DNA from: Candidatus Saccharimonadota bacterium
GTDB taxonomy: Bacteria; Pseudomonadota; Gammaproteobacteria; Enterobacterales; Enterobacteriaceae
Length of the DNA stretch: 32,000 nt
Direction of reading: 5' to 3'
Assembly: GCF_012571795.1 (NCBI RefSeq)
Contig: NZ_CP046222.1
Location: 180,819 to 212,818, forward strand
The position numbers and the translations under genes were made by a program. Numbering within the stretch: the stretch's first letter is position 1; every line of letters starts with the position of its first letter. The notes below the pieces were generated by a model. It was not told the DNA's origin. It ran no database searches and saw only the letters and a program-made list of their open reading frames with translations. Shown here in pieces: positions 21,043 through 29,711 of the stretch.

Positions 21043-21188
21043 TATTATAAAATTATTATATATATTTTTCATAAATATTAAAAAAAGATTTTTATATATA
21101 AATAAATAATTTTTTAATTGACATTTATATTTAAATAAGTTCAACATAATAATATTATTTAATTTTTTTTCAATATTATAAAAATAAA

Positions 21189-22763
21189 ATGATAATAAGT
21201 AATATGAATAAATATGCATTCATCAGTGTAGTTGATACATCAGGTATTTTAGATTTTGTCAAAACATTAATACAATACAAATTTAATATTATTGCTACAC
21301 ATAAGACTTACTTATTTTTAAAATCTAACGGATATTTAGTTACTAGTTTATCTGATTATTTTGATAGTGAAGAAATAATACAAGATATAAATATTTTAAA
21401 TTTTAAATTATATAAAAGTATTACGAGTAGTAGAAGTAAACAAGATATAAAGTATTTAAATAAACAAAATATAAATTTAATTGATTTAGTTATAGTTAAT
21501 TTTAATGATTTATCTAATTTATCAAATGATACAAACAATATAGAAAAGACACTAAATCATATAGATACTATTACTCCTTATATAGTCCAAACTGCATCAA
21601 AAAATTATAAAAATATAGCTGTTTTAGTAGATCATATAGATTATGAATTTATTATTAATGAATTACATTCTAAAAGTGTCATATCATTAAATACTAAAAT
21701 ACAATTAGCTAACAAAGCATTATATTATATTTATTTATATAATAAAAAAATATTTAATTTTTTTAATAATAAATCTCATAATTTATTATTTAAAAATATG
21801 CATTCAAATATAGAATGTAAACAATATAATTTTGTTCTTCCAAAACATAAAAAAAATATTAAATATGAATCTCATGATTATTATCAAAAACAATTTTGTA
21901 ATAATGTGAAAGAATATTTACATATTAATAAATTAATGCAAATACAAGGCAAGGAATTAACATATGATGATTTTATTAATGTTAAAGTAATAATTAAATA
22001 CCTTAAAACTTTTTTAATGCCTACATGTATTATTTTTAATAAATCTAATTTATGTTCTGTATCTTCAAATAAATTTTTAGCTCAATCATATATTAATGCT
22101 TATTGTGCACATAATATTATAGATAATAATCCAATTACTATTGGATTAAACAAAATTTTAGATGTTAATACAATAGAACATATTATACAACACACAAATA
22201 TAAAATTATTAGTTGTACCTGAAATATCAAATAATGCTAAAATATTTTTAGCAAAAAAAGCAAAAATTATTGTAATATTATACGATACAAATAAATATAA
22301 TAAAAAAAGTAATATAAATCTTATTAATGAAGAACATTTAATTAATAAATCTCATGATACTACTTTTATAAAAAAAAATATGAATATCGTAAGTAAAAGA
22401 AAACCTTTACAATATGAAATAGATGATATGTTATTTAGTTGGAAAATTATTAGATTTATGCAATCTAATTCTATTATTTGTTGTAAAAATAATATTACAT
22501 TAGGTATCAGTCATGGTAAAATTAATATTATGGATTCTATCCAATTAGCTATTATAACGGCTCAAAATAATGGTTTTAATATTGTTAATTCGATTATAGC
22601 GTCTGAAGCTTTTGTTTCTTCTAAAAATTATATTGATTATATTGCAAAACTTGGTATTAAATGTCTTATACAGCCAGGAGGATCTATTTACGATAAAGAA
22701 ATTATACAAACAATTGATCATTATAATATGTCAATGATATTTACAAATATACGCTATATATAA
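21189..22763 (+). CDS. purH: PurH-like protein (bifunctional AICAR transformylase / IMP cyclohydrolase homologue), strongly diverged
   Basis: 524 aa, colinear with E. coli PurH end to end (AFISVVD..., QGKELTYDDF, LFSWKIIRFMQSNSII, CLIQPGGSIYDKEII, MIFTNIRY). Many signature motifs are substituted; see the findings. Confidence 0.8.
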   Translation: MIISNMNKYAFISVVDTSGILDFVKTLIQYKFNIIATHKTYLFLKSNGYLVTSLSDYFDSEEIIQDINILNFKLYKSITSSRSKQDIKYLNKQNINLIDLVIVNFNDLSNLSNDTNNIEKTLNHIDTITPYIVQTASKNYKNIAVLVDHIDYEFIINELHSKSVISLNTKIQLANKALYYIYLYNKKIFNFFNNKSHNLLFKNMHSNIECKQYNFVLPKHKKNIKYESHDYYQKQFCNNVKEYLHINKLMQIQGKELTYDDFINVKVIIKYLKTFLMPTCIIFNKSNLCSVSSNKFLAQSYINAYCAHNIIDNNPITIGLNKILDVNTIEHIIQHTNIKLLVVPEISNNAKIFLAKKAKIIVILYDTNKYNKKSNINLINEEHLINKSHDTTFIKKNMNIVSKRKPLQYEIDDMLFSWKIIRFMQSNSIICCKNNITLGISHGKINIMDSIQLAIITAQNNGFNIVNSIIASEAFVSSKNYIDYIAKLGIKCLIQPGGSIYDKEIIQTIDHYNMSMIFTNIRYI

Positions 22764-22828
22764 GAAGTAATATACATTATAATAAATTAGTATATTTAAA
22801 ATTATACAAATATTATAGGATAAATAAT

Positions 22829-23584
22829 ATGACAGATTGGGTTGTAGGTACAGTACAAAAAACAATATATTGGTCAAAAGAATTATTTAGTATAATTGTA
22901 AAAGCTGAAGTAGATTATTTTATCCCAGGACAATTTGCTAAATTATCTTTAGATATTAATAATAAAAATATACAAAGAGCTTATTCATATATTAATGCAC
23001 CAAGCAATAAAAATAATGAATTTTATATTAAAAATATTGTTAAAGGGAAATTAACTTCATATTTATTAAATTTAAAATATAATGATAAGATTATGATATC
23101 TAAAAAAGCTTTAGGTACATTTACTATTAAAAATATACATTCTTGTGATTATTTATGGATGTTTGCTACAGGTACAGGTATAGGACCATATTTATCAATA
23201 TTACAAGATGGTAACGATTTACATAAATTTACTAAAATTATTTTAGTATATTCAATAAGACTAATAGAACACTATAATTATATAAACTTAATTAAATCTT
23301 TAAAAAAAAAATATAATGATAAATTAATTATACAAATCGTTTTAACAAAATATACAAATAATATGGATAAAAATATTTTATATGGACGAATTACAACTTT
23401 ATTATTAAATAAAATTTTAGAACATAAAATTGGTATTAGTATAAGTAAGAATACAACACATGTTATGTTATGTGGTAATCCTAATATGATTAAAGAAACA
23501 CAAAATATTTTACAAACACAATATAACCTTACTAAAAATTATATAGATTTAAAAGGTCATATTACAACTGAACAATATTGGTAA
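22829..23584 (+). CDS. fpr: Ferredoxin/flavodoxin-NADP+ reductase
   Basis: 251 aa. MTDWVVGTV..., FAD-binding RAYSY, NADP motif ATGTGIGPYLSIL, MLCGNPNM and the C-terminal EQYW are colinear with E. coli Fpr. Confidence 0.93.
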   Translation: MTDWVVGTVQKTIYWSKELFSIIVKAEVDYFIPGQFAKLSLDINNKNIQRAYSYINAPSNKNNEFYIKNIVKGKLTSYLLNLKYNDKIMISKKALGTFTIKNIHSCDYLWMFATGTGIGPYLSILQDGNDLHKFTKIILVYSIRLIEHYNYINLIKSLKKKYNDKLIIQIVLTKYTNNMDKNILYGRITTLLLNKILEHKIGISISKNTTHVMLCGNPNMIKETQNILQTQYNLTKNYIDLKGHITTEQYW

Positions 23585-23606
23585 TATTATTTAGGAATAT
23601 AAATAT

Positions 23607-24377
23607 ATGCGTAAAATTATAATTATAGGCAATTGGAAATTAAATGGTAATTATTTGTTTTTAAAAAATTATTTAAAACAAATACAAAAAGTACTAAATA
23701 ATCAAACATTATATTCATGTCAAATTTCTATAGCATTTCCTTATGTATATTTAAATACAGCTGCTAAATATTTATCTAATACACCAATTACTATAACAGC
23801 ACAAAATGTTGATATACATCTTGAAGGATCTTATACTGGCGAAATTTCAGTAAATATGTTAAAAGATATTGGTGTTAAATATATTATTATTGGTCATTCA
23901 GAAAGAAGACAATTTCATCTGGAAGATAATATTTTAATAGCACATAAATTTTATTTAGTTAAATCTCATGGGTTAATACCTATTTTATGCATAGGAGATA
24001 ATAAAAAAGAAAAAGATTTAAATCAAACTATTGATGTTTGTATTAAACAAATTAATTTTGTTATTAAACAATATGGTATAGATATACTATATAAAAGTAT
24101 TATTGCGTATGAACCTATTTGGGCTATTGGTTCTGGTGTACCTGCAGATGCTAATTTTGTACAATATATACACACATCTATTCGTCAATATATTATGTCT
24201 ATAAATAATAAAGTAGCTAAAAGTATTATATTACAATATGGTGGTTCAGTTAATTCTTCTAATATCATTAATTTTAATAATAAAAATAATATAGATGGTT
24301 TTTTAATTGGACAAGCATCTTTAAATGTTAAAGATTTTATATCTATAATTCAAAAGATAGAACAAAATATATCATAA
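23607..24377 (+). CDS. tpiA: Triosephosphate isomerase
   Basis: 256 aa. GNWKLNG (catalytic Lys), IIGHSERR (His), AYEPIWAIGSG (Glu) and YGGSV are present. An AGGA Shine-Dalgarno lies upstream. Confidence 0.97.
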   Translation: MRKIIIIGNWKLNGNYLFLKNYLKQIQKVLNNQTLYSCQISIAFPYVYLNTAAKYLSNTPITITAQNVDIHLEGSYTGEISVNMLKDIGVKYIIIGHSERRQFHLEDNILIAHKFYLVKSHGLIPILCIGDNKKEKDLNQTIDVCIKQINFVIKQYGIDILYKSIIAYEPIWAIGSGVPADANFVQYIHTSIRQYIMSINNKVAKSIILQYGGSVNSSNIINFNNKNNIDGFLIGQASLNVKDFISIIQKIEQNIS

Positions 24378-25892
24378 TTTTTCTAATGGTCTTAGCATAG
24401 GAAACAAAATTACATCTCTTATAGATTTGCTATTAGTAAATAACATTATTAATCTATCAATTCCTATTCCTAAACCAGCTGTAGGAGGTAATCCATATTC
24501 TAAAGCTTCTATATATTCATGATCTATAGTACTATTGTTTGTATTTTTATTTGCTGTATTTGTTATTTTTTGTTTTTCAAATCTTGTTTTTTGTTCTTTA
24601 GGATCATTTAATTCAGAAAAACCATTAGCAATTTCCATGCCACAAACAAAGAATTCGAATCTATCTACTACATCAGAATTTATATTATTTTTACGTGCTA
24701 ATGGTGATATCTCAACAGGATATTCTGTAATAAATGTTGGATAAATTAATTTATGAATAATTTTTGTTTCAAAAATTGCAACAATAATTTCACCTATACT
24801 CCATTGTTTGTTAATTATTACATTTAATTTTTTAGCTATTTTTTGTATTTGATTTAAATTATTTAATTTACTTAATTTAATATCAGGATAATAAAATATT
24901 ATTGATTCTCTCATAGTTAATATTTGGAATGGTTTATTTAAATCAAATTTATAATTATCATAAGTTAATATATAGTTATTAAAAATATGAAAATTTATTT
25001 TTTGTAACAATTGTATTAAAAATAATATTAATTCTTTATAATCTGAATATGCAATATATAATTCCATCATAGTAAATTCTGGATTATGTTGGGTAGAAAT
25101 ACCTTCATTACGAAAATTTTTATTAATTTCAAATACTTTATGAAAACCACCAATAATTAATCTTTTTAAATATAATTCTGGAGCTATTCTTAAATACATG
25201 TCTATATTATATGTATTATGATGAGTGATAAAAGGTCTTGCATTAGCCCCGCCTGGAATATTTTGCATCATAGGAGTTTCTACTTCTATAAAATCCATTT
25301 TATTCATAAAAAAACGTATATAAGCAATAATTTTAGATCTAGTTTCAAAAATTTTTTTTGATTTTATATTAATAATTAGATCTAAATATCTTTTACGGTA
25401 TTTGATTTCTTGATTATGTAAACCATAATATTTATCAGGTAAAGGTCTTAATGATTTCGTTAATAGGAAAAATTCTTGACAAGAAATAGATAAGGTACCT
25501 ATTTTAGTTTTAAAAACTGTGCCTACTACACCTATAATATCACCTAAATCTATTTGATTAATAAATTCAGAATATTTAATATTTTTTATATTATTTTTAG
25601 AAATATAAATTTGTATTGTTCCATAATGATCTTGCATTTGTATAAATGTAGCTTTACCCATAATACGCAAATTAATAATACGTCCTGCTATATAAAATAT
25701 TTTTTTTATCTGTAATAACAATTGTACAGAAATATTATGATAAGATTCATATAACTTATGTGTTGTTATATTAATTTTAAAATTATTTGGATAAATATTA
25801 TTATTATAATGTTTAATATTTTTTAATTTATTAATACGATATTTCATTATATCATCATATATAGATGTATATTCTTTTATTTTGTGAGACAT
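24372..25892 (-). CDS. lysS: Lysine-tRNA ligase (class II)
   Basis: 506 aa with an OB-fold anticodon-binding domain plus the class II motifs FRNEGISTQHNPEFTMMELY and GLGIGIDRLIM. It lies immediately downstream of prfB, as in E. coli. It ends in TGA (24374..24372) and overlaps the tpiA 3' end by 6 nt. Confidence 0.97.
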   Translation of the reverse strand: MSHKIKEYTSIYDDIMKYRINKLKNIKHYNNNIYPNNFKINITTHKLYESYHNISVQLLLQIKKIFYIAGRIINLRIMGKATFIQMQDHYGTIQIYISKNNIKNIKYSEFINQIDLGDIIGVVGTVFKTKIGTLSISCQEFFLLTKSLRPLPDKYYGLHNQEIKYRKRYLDLIINIKSKKIFETRSKIIAYIRFFMNKMDFIEVETPMMQNIPGGANARPFITHHNTYNIDMYLRIAPELYLKRLIIGGFHKVFEINKNFRNEGISTQHNPEFTMMELYIAYSDYKELILFLIQLLQKINFHIFNNYILTYDNYKFDLNKPFQILTMRESIIFYYPDIKLSKLNNLNQIQKIAKKLNVIINKQWSIGEIIVAIFETKIIHKLIYPTFITEYPVEISPLARKNNINSDVVDRFEFFVCGMEIANGFSELNDPKEQKTRFEKQKITNTANKNTNNSTIDHEYIEALEYGLPPTAGLGIGIDRLIMLFTNSKSIRDVILFPMLRPLEKL

Positions 25893-25911
25893 ATATAAAA
25901 TAACCTATATT

Positions 25912-27010
25912 TTATAAACCTAATTTTAAACTTGCTTTTATAAATTGATCTAAATGACCATTTAAGACATCGTGTATATTATGTGTTTCTATACCTGTTC
26001 TTACATCTTTTATGCGTGTATCATCTAATGTATATGAACGTATTTGATTTCCCCAACTAATATTTGATTTAGTATTTTCAATTTCTTGTTTTTCTTTTTG
26101 TTTTTTTAAATATTCTAATTTAGATAATTTTATTTGTATTTGTTTAATAGCTTGTTGTTTATTTTTATGTTGTGATCTATTATTTTGACATTGTGTTACA
26201 AGACCTGTAGGAATATGAGTAATACGTACAGCAGATTCAGTACGATTAACATGTTGTCCACCAGCTCCAGAAGCTCTATAAACATCAATTTTTAAATCTT
26301 GTGTTCTAAGAAGTATATTAGAATTTATTTTTACATCAGGATATATAAAAGTCGAAACGAATGAAGTATGTCTTCTACCTGCAGAATTAAACGGACTTTT
26401 TCTTACTAAACGATGTATACCACTTTCTGTTCTTAACCATCCAAAAGCATAAATTCCTTGAATGTGAATAGTAGCTGATTTAATGCCTGTTATTTCACCA
26501 AAAGATTTTGTAATAATAGATGTTTTAAAATTTTTACGTTCTGCCCATTTTATATACATTTTCATAATCATTTGTGCCCAGTCTTGTGATTCTATACCTC
26601 CTGACCCAGCTTGTATATCTATAAAACAATTGTTTTTATCATGAGTTTTAACAAAAAGATTATTTAATTCTAAAACATCTATTTGTTTATTTAATCTATT
26701 TAATATTTGTAATGCTTCTGATATAATAACATTATCATTAGTTTGTATAGCAATATTAATTAATTCATTAATATCATATAATTCTTTATTAATTTTATCT
26801 AAAGAACAAATTATGTTTTCTATATCAGTTTTTTGTTTATTTAATTTATATATTTGAATAAAATTTTTCCAATTTTTTGGATTAATTAACTCTGATTTAA
26901 TATATAATAATTTTTTTTTATAATGATAATAATTAAAGAAACCCCCTAACAAAATTATTACGTTTTTGAATTTCTTTAAAATATTTTTGTATAAAAGATA
27001 TTTCAAACAT
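25912..27010 (-). CDS. prfB: Peptide chain release factor 2, expressed via programmed +1 ribosomal frameshift: join(27010..26936, 26934..25912)
   Basis: ORF0 runs from ATG 27010 and encodes MFEISFIQKYFKEIQKRNNFVRGFL, then TAA (26935..26933). The E. coli counterpart is [25 protein letters not shown] followed by a stop. The +1 frame continues NYYHYKKKLLYIKSELINPKNW... into the track ORF, which carries SPF, GGQHVNRTESAVRITH and the remaining RF2 motifs. The track N-terminus (MKYLLYKN...) is an artefact of the -1 frame. Confidence 0.93.
26933..26947 (-). promoter_or_regulatory. prfB +1 frameshift cassette: internal Shine-Dalgarno AGGGGG, 3-nt spacer, CTT TAA T
   Basis: The minus strand reads AGG GGG TTT CTT TAA T. 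The E. coli cassette is AGG GGG TAT CTT TGA C. The codon position is the same (Leu25, stop 26) and the SD-to-shift-site spacing is the same. Confidence 0.85.
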
Positions 27011-27184
27011 AATAATACCTTTTTTTATTAATTACTAAATAATAATATACAATTAGTAAATTAAATTATGAAATAATTTTTTTTCATATAAAAAATAAAT
27101 AATTTTGATAAGTTAATATTTTAAATAAATCTTGCTTATTATTAATTAAGATTGGATATGTATTTTATACTAATTATTTTTTTA

Positions 27185-27258
27185 TGGCCCTTGTTGGATT
27201 TGAACCAACGACCTAACGATTATGAGTCGTTTGCTCTAACCAACTGAGCTAAAGGGCC
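27185..27258 (-). tRNA. ileX: tRNA with CAU anticodon, most likely tRNA-Ile2 (lysidine-modified); elongator tRNA-Met is the alternative
   Basis: The reverse complement GGCCCTTTAGCTCAGTTGGTTAGAGCAAACGACTCATAATCGTTAGGTCGTTGGTTCAAATCCAACAAGGGCCA forms a clean cloverleaf. It resembles E. coli ileX (GGCCCCUUAGCUCAGUGGUUAGAGCAGGCGACUCAUAAUCGC...) far more than metT (GGCUACGUAGC...), and it keeps the C4-G69 and C5-G68 pairs. Confidence 0.85.
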
Positions 27259-27326
27259 AATAATATTTAAATATAAATAAAAAACATGATTATTTCAATA
27301 TAATTTTATATTTTATTTTAAAAAAA

Positions 27327-28766
27327 TTACATTATTAAATATAAATCATGTTTATTTCTTAAAACATGTAAAATAACTAAATGTTTTTTTTTACATGTAC
27401 CTAATATTTTTTTTATATCTTGAATATTTTTAATTTTATTATTATTAATTTCTATTATAATATCTTTTACACGTAGTCCTGCATTTACAGCTAAGCAATT
27501 AGAACTTATTTTAACAACTTTAACACCAATAACTTTACTGTTTTTTTTATAAGAATAAAAATTAGTTAAATTAATTCCTTCTAATCCATATAAATTTATT
27601 TGGTTGCTGATATTTTCAGAATTTTGTAATGTAAGTGTTATATTTTTAATTAATAATCCTTTTCTTAAAATATTTAATTTTATTTTACTGCCAGGTGAAT
27701 ATGAACTTACTTTTGCTCTTAATAACATAAAATTATTAATTTTTTTACCATTAAATGCTACAATAACATCACCAGCTTTTAATTTTGTATTTTTATTCCA
27801 TACTTCTTTAACAAAAATACCTACAGTATTCTTATTAATTTTTAATATATTATTTAAATTTTGATTAAGATCTATACCAGAAAAACCTAAAAACCCATGT
27901 CTAACATAACCAAATTTATTAATTTGTTTAAATAATTTTATAATAGTATTACTAGGAATAGCAAAACCAATACCTATACTTCCTCCAGAGGGAGGTGTTA
28001 CTATTGCAGTATTAATTCCAATTAAATTACCTTGTAAATTAACTAATGCACCACCAGAACTACCATGATTAATTGCCGCATCTGTTTGAATAAAATCTTC
28101 AAAATGATTTGTGTTATTTCCAGAACGATTTAATGCAGATATAATACCTGTAGTAACTGTATTATTTAAACCAAATGGATTTCCTATTGCTATAGTATAA
28201 TCTCCTACTTTTAATTGGTCGGAATTAGCAATTTTAATACTTTTTAATTGTTTTGCATTTTTAATTTGAAGTACGGCAACATCAGATGCTTCATCCTGAC
28301 CTATTAACTTAGCAGGATAAATTTCCCCATTATATAATTCTACTGTAATTGAATTAGCATTTTCAATTACATGATTATTAGTAATAATTAGTCCTTTTTT
28401 AGCATTAATAATAACACCTGAACCAATAGCATGAAATTTTTCTGATAAAATATTTTCATTATTGACACATAATGGTGTTTCTTTAAATTTAGAACCTACA
28501 TCACAAAAATGTTGTTCGATACTTATTTTTTGTATTTTTTCAGGTATAACAAAATTTTTAGTCACAATACTACCATCTATATTAATATTAACTACAGATG
28601 GTATAACTTTACTTAAAATAGTTGCCAAAGTTAAATTTGGCATATGATTAACTGTATATATACTTCTATTATTAGTTATTAATGATGTTTGTTTAGCTTG
28701 TATATTATACATAGGAAGCATAATAATCATTATAAATAAATATAAAAATATTTTTATTTTTTTCAT
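27327..28766 (-). CDS. degP: Periplasmic serine endoprotease/chaperone of the DegP/DegQ (HtrA) family
   Basis: 479 aa with a signal peptide (MKKIKIFLYLFIMIIMLPMYNIQA). The catalytic triad contexts are present: TNNHVI, SDVAVLQI and GSSGGALVN. GNPFGL and two C-terminal PDZ-like regions are also present. Confidence 0.9.
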   Translation of the reverse strand: MKKIKIFLYLFIMIIMLPMYNIQAKQTSLITNNRSIYTVNHMPNLTLATILSKVIPSVVNINIDGSIVTKNFVIPEKIQKISIEQHFCDVGSKFKETPLCVNNENILSEKFHAIGSGVIINAKKGLIITNNHVIENANSITVELYNGEIYPAKLIGQDEASDVAVLQIKNAKQLKSIKIANSDQLKVGDYTIAIGNPFGLNNTVTTGIISALNRSGNNTNHFEDFIQTDAAINHGSSGGALVNLQGNLIGINTAIVTPPSGGSIGIGFAIPSNTIIKLFKQINKFGYVRHGFLGFSGIDLNQNLNNILKINKNTVGIFVKEVWNKNTKLKAGDVIVAFNGKKINNFMLLRAKVSSYSPGSKIKLNILRKGLLIKNITLTLQNSENISNQINLYGLEGINLTNFYSYKKNSKVIGVKVVKISSNCLAVNAGLRVKDIIIEINNNKIKNIQDIKKILGTCKKKHLVILHVLRNKHDLYLIM

Positions 28767-28950
28767 GAAATTATCTCATTATAAATTTTAATAGTATATG
28801 CTTATAATGTCATATTCTTATTTATGTTATTTTCTAATATCTTATATATTAAATCAAGTAATATATTATTAAAATTATAATATTTAATTTATTTCCTAAA
28901 ATGATATGTATTTTATATAATAAAAATTATTAATTTAAAATCATTATAAT

Positions 28951-29652
28951 ATGTTAAATAAATTAAAAACAAATGCTTCTAAAATAGCATTAGAATATAT
29001 AAAAAAAAATCAAAATATTATTGGCATAGGTTCTGGTACTACTATAATTAATTTTATTAATATGTTAGGACATATAAAAAAAAACATTAAAGGAATTGTT
29101 GCAGCTTCAGAATTATCTATTAAATTTTTAAAAAAATATAATTTTAATATATATGAAATAAATCATATTAATGATATTAATATTTATTTTGATAGTGCAG
29201 ATGAAATAAATAATAATATGCAAATGATTAAAGGTGGTGGTGGAGCATTAACTAATGAGAAAATTATTGCAAATTTTGCTAAAATATTTATATGTATAGT
29301 AGACCAATCTAAAATTGTAAATTATTTAGGTGCTAAACATCCATTACCTATAGAAATTATACCTCAAGCACAAGCATATATTACTAGAATAATACAAAAA
29401 TTAGGTGCAAAAGTAAAATATAGATCAAATTTTATTACAGAACATGGTAATATTATATTAGATATATATAATTTACAGATATTGGATCCAATAAAAATAG
29501 AAAAATATATAAATAATATTCCTGGTGTAATTACAGTAGGATTATTTGCAAAAAGACCGGCAGATATTTTATTAATAGGAGAAAAAAATTTATCAGTTAC
29601 TATAAAATATAATAATACATTTTATAATAATTATTTATATAAATATATATAA
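28951..29652 (+). CDS. rpiA: Ribose-5-phosphate isomerase A
   Basis: 233 aa. GIGSGTT, DSADEIN and KGGGGALTNEKI are colinear with E. coli RpiA. It carries an extra low-complexity C-terminal tail of about 14 aa (YNNTFYNNYLYKYI). Confidence 0.93.
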   Translation: MLNKLKTNASKIALEYIKKNQNIIGIGSGTTIINFINMLGHIKKNIKGIVAASELSIKFLKKYNFNIYEINHINDINIYFDSADEINNNMQMIKGGGGALTNEKIIANFAKIFICIVDQSKIVNYLGAKHPLPIEIIPQAQAYITRIIQKLGAKVKYRSNFITEHGNIILDIYNLQILDPIKIEKYINNIPGVITVGLFAKRPADILLIGEKNLSVTIKYNNTFYNNYLYKYI

Positions 29653-29711
29653 TAAATTTATGTCTTTTATTATAATATCAATTTTATTTTACTAAACATA
29701 ATAAAAACTAT

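Noticed and set aside
21118-21150. Consensus TTGACA upstream of purH as a promoter -35
   Set aside because: No acceptable -10 hexamer lies at 16-18 nt spacing; TCAACA sits at 17 nt and CATAAT at 21 nt. I therefore did not call a promoter, though the hexamer may still be functional.
21356-21538. 60-aa track ORF on the minus strand
   Set aside because: It is antisense inside purH and is low complexity.
24535-24744. 69-aa track ORF on the plus strand
   Set aside because: It is antisense inside lysS.
26935-27006. Track N-terminus of prfB (MKYLLYKNILKKFKNVIILLGGFF...)
   Set aside because: This stretch is the +1 frame read upstream of the frameshift site and has no similarity to RF2. The genuine N-terminus (MFEI...VRGFL) is in the 0 frame starting at 27010 and joins at CTT TAA T.
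27604-27864. 86-aa track ORF on the plus strand
   Set aside because: It is antisense inside the PDZ region of degP.
28462-28647. 61-aa track ORF on the plus strand
   Set aside because: It is antisense inside the degP N-terminal region.
28767-28950. Possible 6S RNA (ssrS) or other sRNA in the 184-bp degP-rpiA spacer (ssrS lies in the rpiA neighbourhood in E. coli)
   Set aside because: The spacer is almost pure A/T. It has no long imperfect hairpin or central-bubble architecture and no similarity to the E. coli 6S sequence as I recall it. The length match is a coincidence. I also found no sigmaE-type (GGAACTT...TCTGA) degP promoter here.
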